A DNA stretch of 64,000 nucleotides from an uncultured candidatus Porisulfidus sp. GTDB lineage: Bacteria; Pseudomonadota; Gammaproteobacteria; Poriferisulfidales; Poriferisulfidaceae. Below, one piece after another: positions 31,164 to 41,560 of the stretch. The notes beneath the pieces were generated by a model. The model had not been told where the DNA came from and searched no databases. It saw only the letters and a program-made list of their open reading frames with translations. The stretch lies in NCBI GenBank assembly GCA_965199755.1, contig CBDASZ010000001.1:768001-832000 (forward strand), in the 5' to 3' direction. Both the position numbers and the translations under genes were made by a program. Numbering within the stretch: the first letter of the stretch is position 1; each line of letters opens with the position of its first letter.

Positions 31164-32407
31164 GTGGGTCAGTTCCCGTCTGGATTGCACTGCGCTACCT
31201 GCGCGCACAGCATCGCCATCGCTTCATTTCATTTATTTCGGTGGTGTCGACGGCCGGCATTGCGCTGGGCCTGACCGCGGTTATCACCGTGATGTCGGTG
31301 ATGAACGGGTTCCATACGGAGATCCGCGACCGCATCCTCAGCATGGTCTCACATATCAATGTCACCGAGTTGAGTGTGAAACTACACGATTGGCCGAGCA
31401 TGGCGGAACGCATCGAAGCATACGAAGAAGTCGTAGCCAGTGCGCCATTCATTGAAGCACAAGGCATGCTGATGTACCGCAATCGCGTCAGCGGCATCGG
31501 ACTGCGAGGTATTGAGCCTGCGCAGGAGATTCGGGCTTCGCAAGTCGGCGGGCATATGCTGGAAGGAGAATTGACGCAACTGGAGCCGAGGGCTTGGCGT
31601 ATCGTGCTGGGGCAGGAACTGGCGCAGCACCTGGGCGTGCGTGTCGGAGATCGCGTCACGCTGGTGGTGCCCAAAGCCACCAGTACCATCGCTGGCATGG
31701 TGCCGAAGACGCGCCGCTTTCAGGTGGCCGGCATTTTTCGCCTGGACATGCACCGCTTCGATCGCAATCTGGCCTTGATTCACCTGCAGGATGCCGCGCG
31801 CATTATGGGGGTGGGGGAGGCGGTGACCGGTCTGAAAGTGCGCACTCAGGATCTGTTCCTGGCACCGTGGCTGGCGGATCGCATGCGTGAGGACCTGGGA
31901 TCGAGCTATTGGGTTCGGGACTGGAGTCAGATTCACCAAAGCTTCTTTCAGGCCGTGCAGATGGAGAAGACCATGCTGTTTCTGCTGCTGATGCTGATTG
32001 TGCTGGTCGCGGCATTCAACATTGTGTCGGCACTACTGATGACGGTGTTGGAGAAACGCGCAGATATTGCGGTTCTGCGCACATTGGGGATGACGCGCAC
32101 AGGAATTCTGCGCGTGTTTGTACTGCAAGGCTCGCTGATCGGGATGTTTGGCGCAGTGCTTGGGATTGCCGGTGGCGTCGCGCTGTCCCTGAACCTGCAA
32201 CTGGTCGTTGGATTCATCGAAACCTTGTTCCAATTCAAGATCTTCTCGCCAGAAGTGTATTACATTAGTGAGATTCCTTCATTGCTGTTATGGGGCGATG
32301 TGGCGATCGCGGCTGTCGCATCACTGGTTTTGGCGGTGCTGGCGGCGATTTATCCCGCGCGCAAGGCGCTTGACGTAATGCCAGCGGAGGTGCTGAGATA
32401 TGAGTGA
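31160..32407 (+). CDS. Lipoprotein-releasing ABC permease (LolC/E family)
   Basis: IALRYLRA, FISFIS, VMSVMNGF, VAAFNIVS, PAEVLRYE. Confidence 0.94.
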   Translation: MSGSVPVWIALRYLRAQHRHRFISFISVVSTAGIALGLTAVITVMSVMNGFHTEIRDRILSMVSHINVTELSVKLHDWPSMAERIEAYEEVVASAPFIEAQGMLMYRNRVSGIGLRGIEPAQEIRASQVGGHMLEGELTQLEPRAWRIVLGQELAQHLGVRVGDRVTLVVPKATSTIAGMVPKTRRFQVAGIFRLDMHRFDRNLALIHLQDAARIMGVGEAVTGLKVRTQDLFLAPWLADRMREDLGSSYWVRDWSQIHQSFFQAVQMEKTMLFLLLMLIVLVAAFNIVSALLMTVLEKRADIAVLRTLGMTRTGILRVFVLQGSLIGMFGAVLGIAGGVALSLNLQLVVGFIETLFQFKIFSPEVYYISEIPSLLLWGDVAIAAVASLVLAVLAAIYPARKALDVMPAEVLRYE

Positions 32408-33083
32408 TCCGGTGATCCGCTGTCGCCAGTTGCATCGCAGTTTTGGCGATGGCACAGGGGCTGTGCATGTGCTGCGTGAGCTGGATATGGATATTCAGAG
32501 CGGCGAAAGCGTCGCCATTGTTGGCGCTTCCGGCTCTGGCAAGAGCACATTGCTGCATTTGTTGGCCGGTCTGGATCAGCCGGATGCGGGAAAAATTGAA
32601 TTTCTGGGTCAGGAAATTGGAGCACTGGACGATAAGGCTCTGGCGCGTCTGCGCAATGAGCATCTGGGCTTTGTCTATCAGATGCACCATTTGCTGCCGG
32701 AGTTTAGTGCGCTTGAAAATGTGGCGCTGCCAAAAATGCTCTCTGGGGTGACGCATTCAGAAGCCCGGCAGGCGGCGATGACTTTGTTGGAACGTGTCGA
32801 TCTCGCTCCACGCGCCGAACATCGTCCGGGAGAGTTATCGGGAGGAGAGCGTCAGCGCGTCGCGGTGTGCCGCGCCTTGGTCATGGAGCCGGAGGTGATT
32901 TTGGCCGATGAGCCAACCGGGAATCTGGACCCGCAAACGGCGCAAGGCGTGTTTCGTCTGCTGCGGGAGATGAACGAAGAGCGCGGCGGCGCTCTGGTGC
33001 TGGTGACACATGACCGCACACTGGCTTCAGCCATGGCGGTGCGCTATCAATTGATTGACGGGAAAGCCGAGCGCGGAGACTGA
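32400..33083 (+). CDS. lolD: Lipoprotein-releasing ABC ATPase
   Basis: [37 protein letters not shown]. Confidence 0.94.
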   Translation: MSDPVIRCRQLHRSFGDGTGAVHVLRELDMDIQSGESVAIVGASGSGKSTLLHLLAGLDQPDAGKIEFLGQEIGALDDKALARLRNEHLGFVYQMHHLLPEFSALENVALPKMLSGVTHSEARQAAMTLLERVDLAPRAEHRPGELSGGERQRVAVCRALVMEPEVILADEPTGNLDPQTAQGVFRLLREMNEERGGALVLVTHDRTLASAMAVRYQLIDGKAERGD

Positions 33084-33108
33084 GCGCTTTCTGCGCAATC
33101 CTCAAACC

Positions 33109-33759
33109 TCAAACCTGCAGGCAGGCGCGCACTCGCTCGCGTAGAACCGGCAGCACTTCGTTCTCAAACCACGGGTTGCGGCGCAGCCAGCCGTTATTGC
33201 GCCAGGAAGGATGCGGCAGCGGCAACAGCCCGCGTTCTGCATGCTCTTGCCAGGCGGTGACATTTTCAGTCAGGGAGCGCCGACTCCTGGTCTCCAGATG
33301 CCAGCGTTGCGCATGTAGTCCTATGAGCAGAAACAATTTCAGCTGCGGCATGGCCTCGAAGATCCGTGCGCGCCACTGTGTGGCACAAATAGCCGGTGGC
33401 GGCAAATCACCGCCGCGCGCATCCTGACCCGGAAAGCAGAATGCCATCGGCACGGTTGCGATATGCCGCGCATCATAGAACTGTGTGAGGGTCACGCCCA
33501 TCCAGTCGCGCAGACGATCGCCGGAACGGTCATCAAAGGGCAAGCCGCTGGCATGCACCCGAGTACCCGGAGCCTGTCCGCAGACACAGATTTTCGCGGT
33601 GTCGGACAGTCGTGCGACCGGATTGGGTTCATGTCCAAGGTCACGGAAATCATCCGTGCACACGCGGCAGCGTGATAATTCACTCGCCAATGCGGCGAGA
33701 GTCGGATGGGCCGAAGAAATGGACGCCAGTACCCCACCGAGGTGGACCGGCTCACTCAT
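33109..33759 (-). CDS. Uracil-DNA glycosylase family protein
   Basis: CRVC, GQAPG, FCFPG, LPHPSWRN. Confidence 0.88.
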   Translation of the reverse strand: MSEPVHLGGVLASISSAHPTLAALASELSRCRVCTDDFRDLGHEPNPVARLSDTAKICVCGQAPGTRVHASGLPFDDRSGDRLRDWMGVTLTQFYDARHIATVPMAFCFPGQDARGGDLPPPAICATQWRARIFEAMPQLKLFLLIGLHAQRWHLETRSRRSLTENVTAWQEHAERGLLPLPHPSWRNNGWLRRNPWFENEVLPVLRERVRACLQV

Positions 33760-34306
33760 GCGGATCGATAATGTCGTGCAGTGCTTTTTCGACTTTCGGG
33801 CGGTGGCGTGTGCGCCAGGCGCGCATTACATAGCGACGCCAATACACGGTGACACCGACATAGCCCAGAATCGCGGCGATAATGCCGCAAATCAGAGACC
33901 CCAGCAGCAACGGCCCGCCGATGAGATAGAGTTCCTCAACGAACCATCCCCATTGCCACTGAAAGTTGAAGGGAACCGGCGGACTGTCGAGTACCCAGCG
34001 TCCCACCTCATAACTGAACCAGAAGATAGGCGCGATGGTGAGTGGATTGGTCAACCAGACTAGAGCGATAGAGAGAGGCAGGTTGGCGCTCCATAGAACT
34101 GCGAAGGGGGCCGCGACCAGCATCTGCCCCGGGATGGGCAGGAATGCACAAAACAGGCCAATAGCAAAAGCGCGCGGCACCGAGCGGCGATTCAAGTGCC
34201 ACAGGTTTGGCTGGTGCAGGATCTCGCCGAACACCGCGCGCAAACCGCGGTGTTCCCGAACATGTTGCTGACTCGGCAGCCACTTTCGCAAAAACTTGCG
34301 AGGCAT
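33752..34306 (-). CDS. DUF2062 membrane protein
   Basis: MPRKFLRK, LWHLNRRSV, WLTNPLT. Confidence 0.88.
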   Translation of the reverse strand: MPRKFLRKWLPSQQHVREHRGLRAVFGEILHQPNLWHLNRRSVPRAFAIGLFCAFLPIPGQMLVAAPFAVLWSANLPLSIALVWLTNPLTIAPIFWFSYEVGRWVLDSPPVPFNFQWQWGWFVEELYLIGGPLLLGSLICGIIAAILGYVGVTVYWRRYVMRAWRTRHRPKVEKALHDIIDPHE

Positions 34307-34388
34307 AGTCTTATAAAAACCTACAAACCATTTACTTTACAATAGATTTTTGCAAAATCCGCATGCCGCAGCAGACGCCCGTTCCTCT

Positions 34389-35006
34389 ATGCTGGAAATT
34401 CTTGTCGCCGGAGGCTGGGTCATGGTGCCCATTCTGGCGTGTTCCGTGGCTGCTCTGGCTATCATTCTGGAGCGTTCCTGGTCCTTGCGCGAAGCGCAAG
34501 TCATGCCGGAGTCATTACTGACCCAAATCCAGCGCTGGATTGGTGGCGAAGCCTTGAGTTCCGAGCGCCTTGACGTGCTTGGTGACAGTTGTGAACTGGG
34601 CCGGGTACTGGCGGCAGGCTTGAGTCCTCACTTCGGCACTTTGGATGAGCGCAAGACCGCGATTGAAGATGCCGGACGGCAGGCCGCAGTGGAGTTGGAG
34701 CATTTTCTAGCCACCCTCGGCACCATCGCGATGATTACACCGCTGTTGGGATTGTTGGGGACGGTGTGGGGGCTGATTGTGGTGTTTGATCAGATCACAA
34801 CCTCCGGCATCGGACAGCCCGGCGATCTGGCCGGCGGCATCGCGCAAGCCCTGATCACCACCGCGGCAGGGCTGGCGGTAGCCATTCCTGCGGTGATTTT
34901 CCATCGGCATTTTCAGCGGCGCATCTCGGTGCTGACCGCACGCATGGAAGCCCAGGCACATCGATTGTTGGACATCCTGCATCAGCGAGAGCAGGGTCAG
35001 TTGTGA
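34389..35006 (+). CDS. MotA/TolQ/ExbB proton channel
   Basis: GGWVMVPI, PLLGLLGTV, GIAQALITTAAGL. Confidence 0.92.
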   Translation: MLEILVAGGWVMVPILACSVAALAIILERSWSLREAQVMPESLLTQIQRWIGGEALSSERLDVLGDSCELGRVLAAGLSPHFGTLDERKTAIEDAGRQAAVELEHFLATLGTIAMITPLLGLLGTVWGLIVVFDQITTSGIGQPGDLAGGIAQALITTAAGLAVAIPAVIFHRHFQRRISVLTARMEAQAHRLLDILHQREQGQL

Positions 35007-35407
35007 AATTTCATATCCGCCGCGAGGACAACCTGAACATTCCGCTGACGCCGCTGATTGACGTCGTCTTTTTGCTGTTGCTGTTCTTTATGCTGACCGC
35101 CACCTTCAGCGAACTGCATACGCTGGATATTCAGCTGCCCACGGCGCAGGCGGATACCGCCATCATTGAGGCGCGCATGGATGTGGGCGTCGACGCCGCA
35201 GGGCAGTATTACTTGAATGGTGCCGCAGTGACATCTGAAGCCTTGCGACAAGGATTGTCCGCCGCACTACAGGAGGATGCGGAGATCGTGGTTTACCTGC
35301 ATGCGCACGCACAGGCCTCGCATCAGGCCGTGGTCAGCGCTATGGCGCAGGTTCGCGCACTGGGCGTACGCCGTCTGCGACTGGCCACATTGGCATCGTA
35401 CGAATAA
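35003..35407 (+). CDS. ExbD/TolR family protein
   Basis: LTPLIDVVFLLLLFFML. Confidence 0.92.
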   Translation: MKFHIRREDNLNIPLTPLIDVVFLLLLFFMLTATFSELHTLDIQLPTAQADTAIIEARMDVGVDAAGQYYLNGAAVTSEALRQGLSAALQEDAEIVVYLHAHAQASHQAVVSAMAQVRALGVRRLRLATLASYE

Positions 35408-38235
35408 TGGACGAGGTCGCACACCGCACTGGGCGCGACATCTTTCGCCGTCTGCTGTCACTGGGACTGCAGGACCAGAAGAACACCTTCAGCAAAGCCA
35501 TTGCCGGCATGGTGCTGGTCGCCGCCAGCGGGCCGGCGCTGTCGGCCTTGATGCAGCCGATACTCGACGGTGCCATAGTCGCGAAGAACCCTGACGTCAT
35601 TCAGTGGGTGCCGCTGGCTTTGGTCGGCATTTTCGCCATGCGCGCGATAGGCTCTTACATCACTGCCTCCTGCATGGCGCAGTTGGGCGCACGGCTGGTA
35701 CGCGATCTTCGCCGCCAAATGTTCGCCCGTCTGCTGGACTTCCCGGCCGAGGCCTACGATCACACCGCCTCCAGTGAACTGCTGGCGCGGGTGACCACAC
35801 ACGTGGAAGGCGTCTCCAGCGCCGCGTCGCAAAGCCTCACCATTCTGGTGCGCGACAGCCTGATGGTGATCGGGTTGATTGGCTGGATGTTCTATGTGAG
35901 CTGGGTGCTGACCGTGGCCTTTCTCGCCGCCACTCCGATCTTCGCGTGGCTGATTCCGACGACCAACCGGCGCGTGCGCAAGCTCAGTCATCGCAGCATG
36001 GATGCCTTCAGCCGCACGGTGAGCAACGTGCAGGAGATGATTCAGGGCTATCGCGTGGTCAAGGTGTTTCATGCCGAGGCGATGGAGCGGGAACGCTTTG
36101 ATGAAACGACCGACCATTTCCGCCATCGTCAGGTGCGCACCGCGCAAGTTAGCGCACTGATGTCGGCGATCATCATGCTGCTGGTCGGGCTCGCTTGGGC
36201 CGCGATCGTTTATCTGGTCACTTTGGAAGGGGTGCTGGAGAGCATCACAGTCGGCGGCTTTGTCTCGTTTATGTTCGCCATGCTGATGTTGCTGGGGCCG
36301 GCACGTAACCTGATTCAGGTCAATGCTCGCTTGCAGACCAGCATTGCTGCCGGACAGCAAGTCTTTCAACTACTGGACTCTCCGATTGAGGATGACTCCG
36401 GGAGCATCCGCAAAACCTCGCTGGATGAAGGCATTGAGTATGACGGCGTCAGCATGCAGTACCGCAACTCGGAAGGTTTGGCAGTAGAGGAAGTGTCACT
36501 GAACATTCGTTGCGGCGAGACCGTCGCGCTGGTCGGGCGCTCTGGTTCGGGGAAATCAACACTGGCGAATTTGCTGCCGCGCTTCTACACGCCGAGCCGC
36601 GGCGAGATTCGTATGGACGGAGTCCCGCTCTCACAGTTGCACCTGCGGGATCTGCGCGGCTTGATCAGTTATGTCGGGCAGAACATCGTGCTGTTCAACG
36701 ATACCCTGCGCAACAACATCACCTACGGAGTCCCGCCGAATCAGCAGCATGATTTGGAGCACGCTTTGCGCTCCGCACATGTGGATGAGTTTGTCGATCG
36801 TCTGCCGCAAGGAATGGAGACCATCATCGGCGAGGGTGGGGTGCAGTTGTCTGGTGGACAGCGCCAGCGACTGGCACTGGCGCGCGCCTTGTACAAGCGG
36901 GCACCTATTTTGATTCTGGACGAGGCGACCTCATCACTCGACAGCAAATCAGAGCGCTATGTTCAGGAAGCCTTGGATGAGATGATGAGCAATTCCACCA
37001 CTTTGATCATTGCACATCGGCTCTCTACCGTCGAGCGGGCGGATCGCATTGTGGTGCTGGATCAGGGGCGTGTGGTCGAGCAGGGCGCGCATCAGGAATT
37101 GCTTGCTGCAAACGGCACGTATGCGAACTTGTACCAGCATGAATTCCAGCTCATCGAAGGCACCGCGCAGCCCGCAGCCAAACTACCACGCCGCGGTCAC
37201 GTCATTCAGGAAGGCCGAACCGTACACAAGACCTGGCCCACACGTTTTGTCGAATCGGTGTGGTATCAGGGCAGCCGCTGGGTGTGGCCGCTCCTCGCGC
37301 TGAGTTGGGTATATCGAACCGCAGTGCTGATGCGGCGCATCTACTGGGGGTGGCTGAACACGGCCGAGGCGCTGCCCGCGCCGGTGGTGGTGATCGGTAA
37401 TCTGAGTGTCGGCGGCACCGGCAAGACGCCGGTGGTGAGTTGGCTGGCGAAGCAGTTGCGAGAGCGCGGACTCAGTGTGGGCATTGTGTGCAGCGGGTAC
37501 GGAGGACGCAGCAAGGATTGGCCGCAAGAAGCAACCCTGGTTTCAGATCCAGATGAAGTGAGTGAGGAAGCTGTATTGCTGGCCGCGCAGACAGGTTGTC
37601 CGGTTTATGCGGGTCCTGATCGCGGTGCCACCGTACGCGCGCTATGCGAAGCGCATCCGGCCGATATAGTTTTGTCCGATGATGGCTTGCAGCATCTGGC
37701 GTTATCGCGTCAGTGTGAAATTCTTGTGATTGATGGTGCGCGCCGCTACGGCAATGACTACTGTCTGCCCGCGGGGCCTTTGCGCGAGCCGAAAAGTCGC
37801 AGCGCGCAAGCCGACATGGTTCTGGTGCATGGCGGCGAGCCGCAAGAAGGGGAGCATCGGTTTGATCTGCAGGTGCAGCATCTGCGACATTTGGTCAACG
37901 GCACCACGCGGCCGCTGTCAGACTTTGCCGGAGAGACCGTGCATGCGGTCTGCGGCATTGGCAATCCAGCGCGATTTTTGGAGTCTTTGGCGGACGCGGG
38001 TGTTGACGCCATCCCGCATTTATTTGAGGATCACTACTGCTTTGTTTCACAGGATTTTGATTTTGCTGGGGAAGTAGCGGTGGTGATGACACCGAAAGAC
38101 GCCGTCAAGTGCGCGCGATTTGCGCGTGAAAAGTGGTATTCTTTAGAGGTGGACGTACAGTTGGATGCTGCCGCACAACATAAACTGGTCGCTTTGGCGC
38201 AAGACGCGGTTGCGGCTTATGGAGAACGCAAATGA
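35407..38235 (+). CDS. msbA: Fusion: lipid A flippase MsbA + tetraacyldisaccharide 4'-kinase LpxK
   Basis: MsbA TMs, [23 protein letters not shown] in first ~580 aa; Lpx[36 protein letters not shown] in the rest; no stop between. Confidence 0.92.
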   Translation: MDEVAHRTGRDIFRRLLSLGLQDQKNTFSKAIAGMVLVAASGPALSALMQPILDGAIVAKNPDVIQWVPLALVGIFAMRAIGSYITASCMAQLGARLVRDLRRQMFARLLDFPAEAYDHTASSELLARVTTHVEGVSSAASQSLTILVRDSLMVIGLIGWMFYVSWVLTVAFLAATPIFAWLIPTTNRRVRKLSHRSMDAFSRTVSNVQEMIQGYRVVKVFHAEAMERERFDETTDHFRHRQVRTAQVSALMSAIIMLLVGLAWAAIVYLVTLEGVLESITVGGFVSFMFAMLMLLGPARNLIQVNARLQTSIAAGQQVFQLLDSPIEDDSGSIRKTSLDEGIEYDGVSMQYRNSEGLAVEEVSLNIRCGETVALVGRSGSGKSTLANLLPRFYTPSRGEIRMDGVPLSQLHLRDLRGLISYVGQNIVLFNDTLRNNITYGVPPNQQHDLEHALRSAHVDEFVDRLPQGMETIIGEGGVQLSGGQRQRLALARALYKRAPILILDEATSSLDSKSERYVQEALDEMMSNSTTLIIAHRLSTVERADRIVVLDQGRVVEQGAHQELLAANGTYANLYQHEFQLIEGTAQPAAKLPRRGHVIQEGRTVHKTWPTRFVESVWYQGSRWVWPLLALSWVYRTAVLMRRIYWGWLNTAEALPAPVVVIGNLSVGGTGKTPVVSWLAKQLRERGLSVGIVCSGYGGRSKDWPQEATLVSDPDEVSEEAVLLAAQTGCPVYAGPDRGATVRALCEAHPADIVLSDDGLQHLALSRQCEILVIDGARRYGNDYCLPAGPLREPKSRSAQADMVLVHGGEPQEGEHRFDLQVQHLRHLVNGTTRPLSDFAGETVHAVCGIGNPARFLESLADAGVDAIPHLFEDHYCFVSQDFDFAGEVAVVMTPKDAVKCARFAREKWYSLEVDVQLDAAAQHKLVALAQDAVAAYGERK

Positions 38236-38432
38236 ATAATGAACTGCTGGAGATTCTGGTCTGCCCGGTCACCAAGGGGCCGCTGTACTATGACCGGGAG
38301 TCGCAAGAACTTATTTCCATTGCCGGCGGATTGTCGTATCCAATCCGTGACGGCATCCCAGTACTGCTGGAAGCGGAAGCCCGTGTGTTGAGTGAGGAGG
38401 AGTGTGCGCGCTGGCGCGTCCAACGTCCATGA
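38232..38432 (+). CDS. Trm112/YcaR family protein
   Basis: [25 protein letters not shown]. Confidence 0.92.
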   Translation: MNNELLEILVCPVTKGPLYYDRESQELISIAGGLSYPIRDGIPVLLEAEARVLSEEECARWRVQRP

Positions 38433-39193
38433 CGGCATGGCCCGCATACGCTCCGTACCCGTTCACTGTGATCATCCCGGCGCGGTGTGCGTCTACCCGG
38501 CTGCCCGATAAGCCATTACTCGACATTGCAGGCAAATCAATGCTGGAGTGGGTCTATCGTCAGGCGCAAGCCAGTGGGGCACAGCGGGTGCTTGTCGCGG
38601 CGGGAGATGACGCGGTGAAAGACTGTGCGAAGAATTTTGGAGCCGAAGTGCAAGCGACTCAACCCGATCATTCGAATGGAACGGCGCGCATTGCCGAAGT
38701 GGCGGCGGGTTTGTCTTGCGATGCGGACAGCATCATTGTCAATGTACAGGGCGATGAACCGATGATCGCCCCTGAAGCCATCGCGCAGGTTGCCCGCAAT
38801 CTGTATAAGCGACCTGAGGCGTTTGCTGCGACATTGTGTACGCCATTGCTGGAAGGGGAATTTAGGGCTGTGAATGTGGTTAAAGTCTGGTGCGACGAAC
38901 ATGAGATGGCGCTGGGTTTCGCACGGCAACCGCGCGAGGTGGATGAGATGTCCTGCAATCGACACCTGGGAATTTATGCTTATCGGGCGCGAGGCCTGTT
39001 GGATTATGCCGCGCTCGAACCGGCGCCGGGGGAGGTGTCGGAGTCGTTGGAGCAGTTGCGGATGATGTACCACCAGCTACCGGTCTACGTTGGACGTATT
39101 GCGCCGGAGAATCAAAAACACGCAGGCATTGGCGTGGACACGCCGGAAGATCTTGAGCGTGTTCGACGTCTGATGGGAGACAGATCTCCATGA
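38429..39193 (+). CDS. kdsB: 3-deoxy-manno-octulosonate cytidylyltransferase
   Basis: [43 protein letters not shown]. Confidence 0.94.
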   Translation: MTAWPAYAPYPFTVIIPARCASTRLPDKPLLDIAGKSMLEWVYRQAQASGAQRVLVAAGDDAVKDCAKNFGAEVQATQPDHSNGTARIAEVAAGLSCDADSIIVNVQGDEPMIAPEAIAQVARNLYKRPEAFAATLCTPLLEGEFRAVNVVKVWCDEHEMALGFARQPREVDEMSCNRHLGIYAYRARGLLDYAALEPAPGEVSESLEQLRMMYHQLPVYVGRIAPENQKHAGIGVDTPEDLERVRRLMGDRSP

Positions 39194-39561
39194 CGAGTCA
39201 AAGGCGCGCATTGCTGCTGGTCGCGCATGGCTCGCGGCTGGAAGACGCCAATCAGGAAATCGAGCGCATGGCGGAGCGGTTGCGCGAACAGCTAGGCGAA
39301 GAATATGGCATCGTGCGTCATGCGTTTCTGGAGATTGCCGAGCCTGACATCCCAACCGGGATTGACGCTTGCGTTGCGCAAGGCGCGATCACGATACAGG
39401 TGTTGCCCTATTTTCTGGCGGCCGGGCGGCATGTGCGCGATGACATTCCGGGCATTGTGGAAGAGGCGAGGCGGAAGCATTCAAGTGTGGCCATTCACCT
39501 GCAGGACTATCTGGGCTTGAATGAAGCGATGCCTGAATTTCTGGCGCGGACCGCCACATAA
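39190..39561 (+). CDS. Single-domain CbiX/SirB chelatase
   Basis: LVAHGSR, AFLE, PYFLAAGRHV..DIP. Confidence 0.88.
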   Translation: MTSQRRALLLVAHGSRLEDANQEIERMAERLREQLGEEYGIVRHAFLEIAEPDIPTGIDACVAQGAITIQVLPYFLAAGRHVRDDIPGIVEEARRKHSSVAIHLQDYLGLNEAMPEFLARTAT

Positions 39562-39641
39562 AAGCGCACCGTGTTGCTGAATGCTTAAACTACGTATGTG
39601 GAAACCCAGCCCTGGTCAACTGAATATCTAAAGGAGCAATT

Positions 39642-40619
39642 GTGATCAAAGTTATGGCACCTGCGCGCCTGCATCTGGGCTTCCTTGATCTGCACGGAGG
39701 CCTCGGCCGTCGATTCGGCGGATTGGGCGTGACCTTGAGCGAAATCAGTACGCAACTGAGTTGCAGCCGAAGTGCCAGTTTCGAAGGGAGTGGACCCAAC
39801 GCGGAGCGGGCCCTGGAATACGCCAAACAATTGCTGCACCTGTTCGGGTGCACTGAGGCGGTGCGCATTGAGATGCACGAGGCAATTCCCAACCATGCCG
39901 GTCTGGGTTCCGGCACGCAACTCGCGCTCACCGTGGGTTCCGCTATCAATCATCTATTCGGACTCAACCTAGGCATTCGCGAGATTGCCGCCAAACTGGG
40001 TCGCGGGATGCGCTCAGGTATCGGTATCGGGTCATTTGAACATGGCGGGTTTCTGCTGGATGGCGGGCGTGGCGAGGGAGCCCAACTGCCACGGATCATT
40101 GCTCGCCACTCTTTCCCGGAGCACTGGCGCATCGTACTGCTGCTCTCTCGCGATGGCTCTTTGGGGCTTGCGGGTGAAACCGAGCGCATCGCATTTAGTA
40201 AACTGCCGCCATTCCCGCAACAGTCTGCCGCGCATCTGTGTCACTTGACCGTGATGCAAATTCTGCCCGCGCTGATAGAAGAGGATATCAATCAGTTCGC
40301 GCGCGGCATCGGTGAGTTGCAAGAGATCATGGGCGAATACTTCGCTCCGGCGCAAGGCAGTGCTATTCTCAACCCGCACATCGCGGGCCTGCTAAAACAA
40401 GCCCAGTTGCAAGGCTTCGAAGGGGTCGGGCAAAGTTCTTGGGGGCCGACCGGCTTTATTTTGACGGACAGCGAAACTCAGGCGCATACGCTAGTTCGCA
40501 AACTGCAGATCGACGCGGATATTGAGGTTCGCATCGTGAGTGCCTCCGACTGCGGCTATACTTACACGCTCATGGCGAAAGAGGCCGCGCAGGACGACTC
40601 ACAGCGTCAGGCTTCTTAA
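39642..40619 (+). CDS. mptG: beta-RFAP synthase (methanopterin biosynthesis, GHMP kinase fold)
   Basis: PARLHLGFLD, HAGLGSGTQ, RG.RSGIG, GQSSWGPT; AAGGAG RBS. Confidence 0.93.
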   Translation: MIKVMAPARLHLGFLDLHGGLGRRFGGLGVTLSEISTQLSCSRSASFEGSGPNAERALEYAKQLLHLFGCTEAVRIEMHEAIPNHAGLGSGTQLALTVGSAINHLFGLNLGIREIAAKLGRGMRSGIGIGSFEHGGFLLDGGRGEGAQLPRIIARHSFPEHWRIVLLLSRDGSLGLAGETERIAFSKLPPFPQQSAAHLCHLTVMQILPALIEEDINQFARGIGELQEIMGEYFAPAQGSAILNPHIAGLLKQAQLQGFEGVGQSSWGPTGFILTDSETQAHTLVRKLQIDADIEVRIVSASDCGYTYTLMAKEAAQDDSQRQAS

Positions 40620-40660
40620 AAACTTCTGGCTATCACTTTAACTCAATCAGGAAATAATCG

Positions 40661-41560
40661 ATGGAACGAAAATACCTATTGCACATGCTGACTTCGGCCA
40701 AGAATCTCAGTCCGTTTGATGCCAATATGGCGTATGACGCAGGCTGGGATGCCTGCATTCCTTATATTCAGGTGGATTCCGGTGAGGTCAAGGGACTGGT
40801 GGAAGACGCCATCTTTTCGCGTGGCCCGACCGGCGTCAAGCGCACCGGGGTGTTCATCGGCGGGCGTGACATGCACGAGGCTATGGAGATGCTCGACACC
40901 TGCAGCAAGTCCATGGTGCCGCCGTTTGTGATTTCTGCCTTTGCTGATCCCAGTGGCGCGTTCACTACAGCAGCAGCGATGGTGGCCAAAGTCGAGAAGG
41001 CCCTGCAAGATCATCACAGCACCGAACTGGACGGGCAGCGCATACTGGCACTGGGAGGCACCGGCCCGGTGGGTTCCGCTGCTGCCGTGATCGCATCAGC
41101 CGCCGGCGCGCGTGTGACGATTCTCGGCCGAAAGAAAGAGAAATGCGACGATGCCGCGGCGTTATGCAATGACAAATATGCCGCCAGCACTCCGGTCGAA
41201 GGTGCCGCGAATGATGATCTGGATGCTTTGCTGGATGAGACCGATGTGATCTTCGCTTCGGCGGCGGCTGGCATTCAGTTGATGTCGCAAGAACAAATCG
41301 CTCGCGCCCCGCGCCTAAAGGCCGCGGCGGATGTTAACGCGGTCCCTCCGTCTGGCATTCACGGACTGGACGTAATGGATGACGCCAAGCCCATTGAAGG
41401 CTCCAACTCCGGGGTGGTTGGCATTGGCGCTCTCGCAATAGGCAATGTGAAATACCAGACACAGCAACGACTGCTGCGTCAAATGCGCGAGACGGAAGAG
41501 CCTGTCTATTATCACTTCGAGCATGCATTTGCGGTTGCGCGCCAGTGCGTAGCGGAATAG
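40661..41560 (+). CDS. mtdB: NAD(P)-dependent methylene-H4MPT dehydrogenase
   Basis: SPFD.NMAYDAG, DAIFSRGP, DPSGAFTTAAA, GGTGPVG, DVNAVPP. Confidence 0.92.
   Translation: MERKYLLHMLTSAKNLSPFDANMAYDAGWDACIPYIQVDSGEVKGLVEDAIFSRGPTGVKRTGVFIGGRDMHEAMEMLDTCSKSMVPPFVISAFADPSGAFTTAAAMVAKVEKALQDHHSTELDGQRILALGGTGPVGSAAAVIASAAGARVTILGRKKEKCDDAAALCNDKYAASTPVEGAANDDLDALLDETDVIFASAAAGIQLMSQEQIARAPRLKAAADVNAVPPSGIHGLDVMDDAKPIEGSNSGVVGIGALAIGNVKYQTQQRLLRQMRETEEPVYYHFEHAFAVARQCVAE

Noticed and set aside
35458-36369. Long antisense ORFs (e.g. 303 aa opposite msbA, 41315-42172, 46525-47337)
   Set aside because: Shadows of GC-rich coding strands with no recognisable motifs
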